Shown here: positions 57,918 to 64,000 of the stretch, in pieces
Numbering within the stretch: the first letter of the stretch is position 1
How the letters are laid out: each line of letters opens with the position of its first letter
From: Alphaproteobacteria bacterium
GTDB lineage: Bacteria > Pseudomonadota > Alphaproteobacteria > SHVV01
Direction: 5' to 3'
DNA length: 64,000 nucleotides
Assembly: GCA_965261735.1 (NCBI GenBank)
Contig: OZ253470.1
Span: 357,728-421,727, forward strand
The notes under the pieces: model-generated
The model's input: the letters and a program-made list of their open reading frames with translations, nothing else
Told to the model about the DNA's origin: nothing
Databases searched by the model: none
Made by a program: the position numbers and the translations under genes

Positions 57918-58092
57918 CATGCTGGTGGCACGGGGGGTCTCGCAAAGCGGCCAGACGGCTTTCGCCGCCGCATTCCTCATCTGGGAGTGAGAGCCGGAAA
58001 AAGCCACTTAATCAACGGGCTGTTAGCACATTCTCGAAAGCCACCATGCGCATCGGGGTGTCGGGGTCGTCATCGGTCATCGGCGTTCTCCG

Positions 58093-59013
58093 TCATCCCT
58101 TGAAACAATGCTCGTTGTGCCAAGTCAGGGCGGCGGTATCCGGGCGCTGGCCGATATCCGAAGGCGCATCGATTTTGCGACCGTGAAGCGCGTAGTAGTG
58201 CTTGCCGTTGTCAAACTCCTCCCGGATCCGTCGGCTTACATCGAAGCGCAGATCGGGAGTCACCGTCACATAGCCGGCGTCGAACAGGCTGTGAATGTCC
58301 CGCCGCAGCAAAAGACCGTTCTGCGCCTCGTGTGCACCGCCATCGCCGTAGGGGCGTATATGCGCCGCCTCCAAAGCCGGCAGTGTCCGCTCTTGAGTGA
58401 CCGCGCATCGCCGCCAATAGATATCCGTGACCAGCACGCGGAACGCGCCTTGCCCGAGGCGAGGACGAATGAGATGCGGCTCGCCAAATCGCGCCTGCTC
58501 CCCTGCCATGCCCGCCATCTGTGGCCGGCTGAGTCGATCGTTCACGGCTTCCCACAAAGCCAGTCCTTCGGCACTGTCTGTGTTGTAGGTCTTGAAAGCT
58601 ACAATTCTCTGCGAGAAACTCGCCGGCGGGGGAATCCAGTCGCGTTCCGCGAAGAAGAAGGGCTGGGTCAAAATGCGGCACCCAATCTCGAAGTCGCTGC
58701 TATCGCCTGGATCCGCGTGGCGGAGACGGGCGATGCCAGCACGCATTTCCCGCCCTGAGTGGGCACCGTTCGCTTCCTTGAATGCCTCCCAGGCGAGCGA
58801 GCACGGCAGCGCGTTCGCGTAGGCAAAGATACCGCCACCGACAATCAAGTTGCGCGGCGCGCGCAGCTTGAACAGAAACATTTCGCCCGGCTCGAGTGCA
58901 CGGAATTTCGTGGCCGACGGCGCCCAGAAGTTCACCTCGTCGAGGTTCGGCTGCTGACGCAGCATCTCGAACCAGTCTCCGTCCGTGACCGCAATGACGA
59001 GGTTGATGCCCAT
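58093..59013 (-). CDS. HNH endonuclease (HNH_2-type) with an uncharacterised N-terminal domain, candidate modification-dependent (type IV-like) restriction enzyme
   Basis: The C-terminal RLGQGAFRVLVTDIYWRRCAVTQERTLPALEAAHIRPYGDGGAHEAQNGLLLRRDIHSLFDAGYVTV is the HNH_2 pattern. The N-terminal ~170 aa (WFEML..VNFWAPS..LEPGEMFLFKL) look PUA/EVE-like to me. That part is inference. Confidence 0.75.
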   Translation of the reverse strand: MGINLVIAVTDGDWFEMLRQQPNLDEVNFWAPSATKFRALEPGEMFLFKLRAPRNLIVGGGIFAYANALPCSLAWEAFKEANGAHSGREMRAGIARLRHADPGDSSDFEIGCRILTQPFFFAERDWIPPPASFSQRIVAFKTYNTDSAEGLALWEAVNDRLSRPQMAGMAGEQARFGEPHLIRPRLGQGAFRVLVTDIYWRRCAVTQERTLPALEAAHIRPYGDGGAHEAQNGLLLRRDIHSLFDAGYVTVTPDLRFDVSRRIREEFDNGKHYYALHGRKIDAPSDIGQRPDTAALTWHNEHCFKG

Positions 59014-59125
59014 TCTATTCCGCCGCCTTCATCTCTCGGGCTTGTGCCGGTGCGGGAACCCTCGTCGACGAACGAACCCGAGCGGTCTGTCCGTCGTCAG
59101 ATGATTTGCGACAGGGTTGTGCCGA

Positions 59126-59385
59126 CATTGTCATGTATGGACGCCCCCGGTGTTGCAAGGGGAAAACTGATTTGAATCGGCGGTAGAGCTTGCAGTCATG
59201 TATCCGGCCTTTTCGCTGCGGTACGCTGACCGCTGGCCCTGATGGAATCCGAAAGATCGACGCCCAGTCAGACTAACGAGCTTGATGCTCGGACAATGCC
59301 TCGGGTTTGGCCGATCTCGGGTGGAACCCTGTTTCGCCATCAAATCGTCGTCACCCTCGCAATTTGATCCCGGTTTGCCAGCTGG
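59126..59385 (-). ncRNA. candidate bridge/seek RNA region of IS110-family element type A (speculative)
   Basis: A ~260-nt non-coding end 3' of the transposase. It is conserved in the truncated copy at 11086..11342. There is no credible ORF and I did not fold it. Confidence 0.3.
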
Positions 59386-60405
59386 CTATGCCGGCGTCGG
59401 TCGGTAGATACGCTCGTACCTGAGCAGTGCCCAGGCGACACGGGCTGCCTTATTGGCCATGGCGACCAGCACCACGTTTGTCGGCCGCCGCGCCAGGAGC
59501 CGGTCGGTCCAGCCAGGCCCCGTGCCCGGCTTGGCGCGGCGCCAGCGCAGCACGGTTCGCGCACCATGCACGAGCAAGCGCCTGATATAGCCATCCCCGC
59601 GCTTCGATATCCGTCCCAGTCTATCCTTGCCGCCACTCGAGTGCTGCCGGGGCACCAGACCGAGCCAGGCCGAAAGCTGTCGGCCCGAGCGGAACTGTGC
59701 GCCATCGCCGATCGTCGCGACCAGCGCCGTCGCGGTGATGACACCGACGCCGGGGATCGTCGCAAGACGGCGGCTCGCCTCGTTGGAGCGGTGCCATGCC
59801 AAAAGCGTCACTTCCAGCTGCTTGATCCGGGCCTGAGCAGAACGGAGCTGCTCAACCAGAGAGCCAAGCGCCTCGCGTGCCAGAGGCGGCAGTCGCACAT
59901 CGCCGGGATCTTCGATAATGGCAACCAGTTCCTCCACCTTCGACGCCCCCTGAGCGACGATCAGTCCGAACTCCGCACAGTGGCCGCGCAGCGCATTGAT
60001 CACCATCGTGCGTTGACGGACCAACAGCTCTCGGGCCCGGTGCAGCATCAGAACCGACTGCTGCTCGGCGCTTTTCGCCGGTGCAAAGCGCATCGTCGGA
60101 CGCGTCACTGCCTCACAGATCGTTTCCGCATCCGCTGCGTCGTTCTTATTCGTTTTGACGAAGGGACGAACGTATTGAGGCGGAATCAGCTGAACTTTGT
60201 GCCCGTGTGCTTGCAGTTCCCGAGCCCAATAGTGCGCAGAGGCACAGGCTTCCATACCGACAAGACAGGATGGCAATCCGGCGAAGAACGCCAGCACCTT
60301 CCCGCGGCGCAGCTTCCGCCGTAGTACCGGTCGTCCCTCACCATCAGCACCGTGAACCTGGAACACCGTCTTTGCCAGATCGAACCCAATTGTCGTAATA
60401 TCCAT
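59386..60405 (-). CDS. IS110 family transposase
   Basis: 339 aa with IGFDLAKTVF, MEACASAHYW, KNDAADAETI, and C-terminal TIPGVGVITATAL..LSAWLGLVPRQHSSGGK. Confidence 0.9.
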   Translation of the reverse strand: MDITTIGFDLAKTVFQVHGADGEGRPVLRRKLRRGKVLAFFAGLPSCLVGMEACASAHYWARELQAHGHKVQLIPPQYVRPFVKTNKNDAADAETICEAVTRPTMRFAPAKSAEQQSVLMLHRARELLVRQRTMVINALRGHCAEFGLIVAQGASKVEELVAIIEDPGDVRLPPLAREALGSLVEQLRSAQARIKQLEVTLLAWHRSNEASRRLATIPGVGVITATALVATIGDGAQFRSGRQLSAWLGLVPRQHSSGGKDRLGRISKRGDGYIRRLLVHGARTVLRWRRAKPGTGPGWTDRLLARRPTNVVLVAMANKAARVAWALLRYERIYRPTPA

Positions 60406-60557
60406 CGTGGACGCTCCCTCTGTCTGGGTTGTTCAACACACTCCAGTATGGCTCATCGTGAAGCCGTAGGGGGCGTCCATACCATCAGACCAACTGGGTC
60501 GGACCTGCAAGACCTACAACCAAGCGGCCTCAGGCTCCCGCCAACTCATGAACCACA

Positions 60558-60583
60558 TTGGCCCGGCGCCGGCGCCGGGCCAA
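60558..60583. other. perfect 26-bp GC-rich palindrome
   Basis: TTGGCCCGGCGCCGGCGCCGGGCCAA equals its own reverse complement. It could be a terminator-like hairpin or a protein site. Confidence 0.5.
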
Positions 60584-60613
60584 TCATGTTTCGGCTGCCG
60601 CCGTGGACCAGTA

Positions 60614-60676
60614 GAATTCCCTGTTCTCCCGAACAAAATCCCTGTTCGCTCGAATGAATTCCCTGTTACATAGTTT
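60614..60676 (+). repeat. three tandem 21-bp units each containing AAT(T/C)CCCTGTT
   Basis: The units are GAATTCCCTGTTCTCCCGAAC / AAAATCCCTGTTCGCTCGAAT / GAATTCCCTGTTACATAGTTT. The CCCTGTT cores sit at 60619, 60640 and 60661, exactly 21 bp apart. Confidence 0.85.
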
Positions 60677-61164
60677 AGGGAATTGGACCGAAAACACTAG
60701 CGTTTCTGCCATGTTTCAAACACAGGAAAGCTTCTGAATCCCTGCAAAAGAGAAAATTTTCCTGTAATTTCCCTGTTAAACAGGGAATTGGCCTCAGAGA
60801 CGAGTTCGCGGGAGACTGCCTGCACAGCCAGCCACCCCGGCGAAGCAGTCTCTTCATCGCATAGCTCGGCCAAGCCGCGGGAAACAGGGCCCGTTTCGCG
60901 GTCAAACGGAATTCTGAGCTCCTGAACCCGGGAGCATTTCCGGCCATTGCCGGGGTTCCCGGCGTGCGGTCTCCGCGAGCGCGATGCAAGGGTGAGTTTG
61001 GTGGCAACAGGGAATTTTTGCGATTACGGCCTCAAAACAGGGAGATTGTAGCGAACTGCCGACCAAAATGAAGAAATTATCTTTTTTTATCAATGACTTC
61101 TGAACTTTCCTGTTTTTCTGCAGAAGGGCAGTCGATATCAGGGAAGCAAATGAAGGGAACAGGA
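60614..61164. repeat. dispersed array of CCCTGTT / AACAGGG boxes in non-coding DNA
   Basis: Forward boxes lie at 60619, 60640, 60661 and 60771, with variants at 60741, 60760 and 61108. Reverse boxes lie at 60779, 60883, 61006, 61036 and 61158, plus a half-site AGGGAATT at 60677. A palindrome CCCTGTT-A-AACAGGG sits at 60771-60785. Confidence 0.8.
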
Positions 61165-61218
61165 AATAATCCGGCCCGTCTTGCCGTAGTCGAGTGAGCG
61201 GGATGTGGGTGCCAATCC

Positions 61219-62808
61219 CTATTCCGGCGATGTTGCAATTCCGATTTGGACGGCTTGTTGCGACCAGGCGAGCGGTATTGGGCCCTTGAGGAGCTGTGTC
61301 AGTGTTACCCCTGCGGATTGGCGACCTTCAACAATCGCTCTTTGGATCTCCGGTGCCAGAAAGGCCAGGCGAACGAGCTGGCGGCGATAGGGCGTATCCG
61401 GTGCTGTGACGAGCACGGGCAATCCGCCATCATCGTGGTGCAGCATGGCGTGTGCGGAGCGGAGCGCCTTGACCAGAACAGGGTCCGGCATGTGTCCCGC
61501 ACTTGGGCCCTTGAGAACCCAGGTCTCGCCACGACGCCGGACAAGGGGCAGATGCAGTCTGGCGAGACGCGCATCCACAGGATCCGGCTCGAGGCGTTCG
61601 TGCGGCTCGAGGCGCTGGCGCATCGCGACGATCCGGTCGATCGGCAGCAAGCAGTGCAGCGACTGATCGTGGAGCTCGGCGCGGACAACAAGCGTGATGG
61701 GATCGTCCGGACATCCCGCGATCACGCGACGCAGCACGGTCGCGAGGGCGACTTCGAGCGGTGGGGCGGATATGCGCCGGATGGCTGTGTCGGATGGATC
61801 GCGCCTTGCCCCTTGCTGCAGCGGTGCCGAGACATAGTAGCGATAGAGCCTGCCACCCCGCCCATAAGAGAAGGTCGGCGACATCGGCCGACCATCCGCG
61901 TCGAAGAGGCGCCCGGCCAGAGGGGCATTCGCCTTTTGCTCGCGATTCGATGCCCGGCGGCGGGTGTTCGCGTCGAGCCGCGCCTGGACGGCCGCGAAGA
62001 GATCGCCATCGATGATGGCCTGGTGCCGGCCGGGATGCGCCCTCCCCTTGTGGACGATCATGCCGCGATAGACTCTGTTGCGCAGCAGTTGAAAGAGCGC
62101 GCCACGACTGAACGGCCGGCCGCCGGATAGTCGACCCGCCCGCGTCACGCGCCGCTTCGAACGGATGCCCCGGTCCTCAAGCCATCGCTGCAGCGCGTGC
62201 ACGGAGCCGAGATCGATATAGGCCCCGAAGATGGTGCGCACGATCTCGGCCTCCTCCTGGTTGACCGCCAGGGCGCGCGTGCCATCCCCAGGCGGGTCGT
62301 AGCCAAGCGGCACAGTGCCGCCCATCCACATGCCCTTGGCCTTGGAGGCCGCGATCTTGTCGCGTATGCGCTCGCCCGTCACCTCGCGCTCGAACTGCGC
62401 GAAGGACAAGAGCACGTTCAGTGTCAGGCGGCCCATGCTGGTCGTGGTGTTGAAGGCCTGGGTGACGCTGACGAAGCTGGCCCGGCGGCGATCGAAGATC
62501 TCGATCATGCGTGCGAAGTCGGGCAAGGACCGGGTCAGGCGGTCAATCTTGTAGACGACGATGACGTCGACCTTGCCGGCTTCGATGTCGCAGAGAAGCC
62601 GCTTGAGCGCCGGGCGCTCCATGGACGCGCCGGAGAAGCCGCCATCGTCGTAGCGGGCCCGGACTGCTCTCCAACCTTCGCCGGCCTGGCTCTTCACATA
62701 CGCCGCGCAGGCTTCGCGCTGCGCATCGAGGGAGTTGAACGCCTGCTCAAGGCCTTCCTCGCTGCTCTTCCTCGTATAGAGGGCGCAGTGGAGACGGGGC
62801 CGGCTCAT
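61219..62808 (-). CDS. large serine recombinase
   Basis: Start at MSRPRLHCALYTRKSSEEGLEQAFNSLDAQREAC (catalytic Ser region). VVYKIDRLTRS, a recombinase domain and a long C-terminal region follow. Confidence 0.9.
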   Translation of the reverse strand: MSRPRLHCALYTRKSSEEGLEQAFNSLDAQREACAAYVKSQAGEGWRAVRARYDDGGFSGASMERPALKRLLCDIEAGKVDVIVVYKIDRLTRSLPDFARMIEIFDRRRASFVSVTQAFNTTTSMGRLTLNVLLSFAQFEREVTGERIRDKIAASKAKGMWMGGTVPLGYDPPGDGTRALAVNQEEAEIVRTIFGAYIDLGSVHALQRWLEDRGIRSKRRVTRAGRLSGGRPFSRGALFQLLRNRVYRGMIVHKGRAHPGRHQAIIDGDLFAAVQARLDANTRRRASNREQKANAPLAGRLFDADGRPMSPTFSYGRGGRLYRYYVSAPLQQGARRDPSDTAIRRISAPPLEVALATVLRRVIAGCPDDPITLVVRAELHDQSLHCLLPIDRIVAMRQRLEPHERLEPDPVDARLARLHLPLVRRRGETWVLKGPSAGHMPDPVLVKALRSAHAMLHHDDGGLPVLVTAPDTPYRRQLVRLAFLAPEIQRAIVEGRQSAGVTLTQLLKGPIPLAWSQQAVQIGIATSPE

Positions 62809-63218
62809 TTGGCGGATCGGAGGCCGAAGAAGCGCGGGCCATTCCAACGCGTGCCCGCGATCGCGGTCGCGGCCGCGGAGAGGCTCTTGAAGAGTTGACC
62901 CCCGTGGCGAAACCCCTCTTCTTCGACCGTGACCTGGACGATCCGCCCCCGCCATTCACGCCGCAGCGTGGTCCCGATCCCGAGCTCAAGACCTTCTGCC
63001 TGGACCCGCTGGCGGCGCTTGAGCTGGCGCCGTGTGTCACGATCGAGACCGCCGAGAGCCTCTGCCTGCAACCGCCAGGCCAGACAATAACGCAACAGCG
63101 CGGCCGAGCGCAGCTTCGGCGGGACACCGTAGCGGTTGCGCCAAACCTCTCGAAGCCCTTCGAGACCAAGGGGCGTGAGCGCCTCGATCTCGTCCGCAAG
63201 CGGCGCCTCGCCGGTCAT
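62805..63218 (-). CDS. DUF2924 domain protein
   Basis: LEGLREVWRNRYGVPPKLRSAALLRYCLAWRLQA..GTRWNGPRFFGL is the DUF2924 pattern. Its stop overlaps the recombinase start (ATGA). Confidence 0.8.
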   Translation of the reverse strand: MTGEAPLADEIEALTPLGLEGLREVWRNRYGVPPKLRSAALLRYCLAWRLQAEALGGLDRDTRRQLKRRQRVQAEGLELGIGTTLRREWRGRIVQVTVEEEGFRHGGQLFKSLSAAATAIAGTRWNGPRFFGLRSAK

Positions 63219-63511
63219 GTCACCGGTTGCTCGATGCGGTAGCGCCGCAGGCCCCCTTCTTTCTCGGACCGGATGACGTGGCCCTTGCGTCGCAGCGCAC
63301 CGGCGAGCCCGCCTCGAACCGAATGGGGCTGCCAGCCCGTTGCCTTACAGAGTTCGGCGATGGTCGCGCCGCCCGGGGCACTGAGATGGGCGACGAGAAG
63401 AGCGAGCTTCGTGGTCCCCGGCGGCTTCAGAGCTGTCGCCTTTGAGTTCTTGCGGTTGGTCGCCTTCGCAGCGCGCGATCCCGACTTTTTCCTTAACGGC
63501 TTGTTGGTCAT
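63215..63511 (-). CDS. DUF3489 domain protein
   Basis: Start at MTNKPLRK (GGAGGA upstream). TKLALLVAHLSAPGGATIAELCKATGWQPHSVRGGLAGALRRK is the DUF3489 pattern. Its stop overlaps the DUF2924 start (ATGA). Confidence 0.8.
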   Translation of the reverse strand: MTNKPLRKKSGSRAAKATNRKNSKATALKPPGTTKLALLVAHLSAPGGATIAELCKATGWQPHSVRGGLAGALRRKGHVIRSEKEGGLRRYRIEQPVT

Positions 63512-63770
63512 GGTGTTCTCCTCCGGTATTGCGGCGCAGATCGGCGCCGCTACCGGGGCAAGCCCGGGGTGGCCGGGCGTGGTCGCACTGACGCTCCTTT
63601 GCGCCGGCAAGTCCAGTGCTCTTGCACGACTCGGCGACTGCAACAGCCCGGCCTTACAGCGTCGAGCTCCGCATTCAGGACACGTTCCGACAGCCCTTTC
63701 TTCGAGGCGTCGTCGCGGCCAACCATGCGCTTTGTAGCTGTGAAGACGGAGGAACAGCAGGCTCGGGGCA

Positions 63771-64000
63771 GGGAGTATGAGAAGCTGGCTCGGCAATGTG
63801 CGGCGGAGAATGCCGATCATGTCCGGTACCTGGCGCGCTTGATCGAGTTGGAGCTGATAGACCGCGAAGCCCGCATGGTCGAGCGACGCATCAAGGCGGC
63901 GAGGTTCCCTTCGATCAAGAGCCTGGAGAGTTTCGGCTTCGATGCGATCCCCACACTCAACAAGAAACTGGTTGTGGATCTGGCCCGCTCGGATTTTGTC
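63771..64000 (+). pseudogene. IS21 IstB N-terminal fragment (different IS21 type), runs off the window
   Basis: REYEKLARQCAAENADHVRYLARLIELELIDREARMVERRIKAARFPSIKSLESFGFDAIP. It is preceded at 63724-63769 by a 46-bp scrap matching the IS110 type B transposase (TMRFVAVKTEEQQARG). Confidence 0.7.

Larger units (their letters stand above)
59126..60490 (-). mobile_element. IS110/IS1111-like element type A, full copy (limits approximate)
   Basis: Subterminal inverted repeat TATGGACGCCCCC (59136-59148) / GGGGGCGTCCATA (60469-60481). The low-coordinate boundary is inferred from where identity with the 11086 copy starts. Confidence 0.8.

Noticed and set aside
60614-60676. Tandem 21-bp repeats considered as a CRISPR array
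   Set aside because: The units are directly adjacent with no spacers, there are only three copies, they are too short, and no cas genes are present.
1-64000. Search for tRNA, rRNA or tmRNA genes as island integration targets
   Set aside because: I noticed no T-loop/acceptor-type signatures (GGTTCGAATCC-like with matching stems) or rRNA-like stretches. The absence is by eye only and should be confirmed with tRNAscan-SE/Infernal.

Overview
High-GC, alphaproteobacterial-looking (Bradyrhizobiaceae-like, by eye only) accessory region saturated with insertion sequences. Summing my own coordinates, about 20 kb, roughly a third of the window, is IS-derived. This includes six IS6-family copies of three types, three full and one partial copy of one IS256-family element (plus two fragments of another type), and two IS110/IS1111-like types. 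It also includes one full IS21 (istA carries an in-frame amber stop) with three IS21 fragments, and IS5/IS1182, IS1595 and IS3-like debris. Almost every IS junction truncates a host gene. Intact housekeeping-type genes are few: HU, recQ, a peptide ABC binding protein, a DEAD-box helicase, and SagB-type, NDUFA9-like, LLM and amidohydrolase genes. The most interesting content is defence-like. A tightly coupled four-gene operon (22672-31719) encodes AbiEi, AbiEii, a DrmD-like SNF2 helicase and a 1373-aa N6-adenine methyltransferase. It resembles the DrmD-DrmMI half of class 1 DISARM but has no DrmA/B/C anywhere in the window, and its 3' end runs into an IS1595 remnant hit by IS256. Other defence-like pieces are a second degraded methyltransferase, an orphan HNH endonuclease, a TcmP-like gene with a NYN-domain gene at the left edge, and a GIY-YIG mini-protein. 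Other notable structures: (1) a 446-bp transposase-less element with perfect 24-bp TIRs and an 8-bp TSD carrying one small membrane-protein gene; (2) a ~550-bp non-coding array of CCCTGTT boxes, including three phased 21-bp tandem units, next to a DUF3489-DUF2924-serine recombinase module; (3) a low-GC gene split at a G7 homopolymer; (4) long 3' non-coding ends of the IS110-family elements that could encode bridge/seek RNAs. I saw no rRNA, tRNA or CRISPR array. All family assignments rest on motif recognition by eye, not on database searches.
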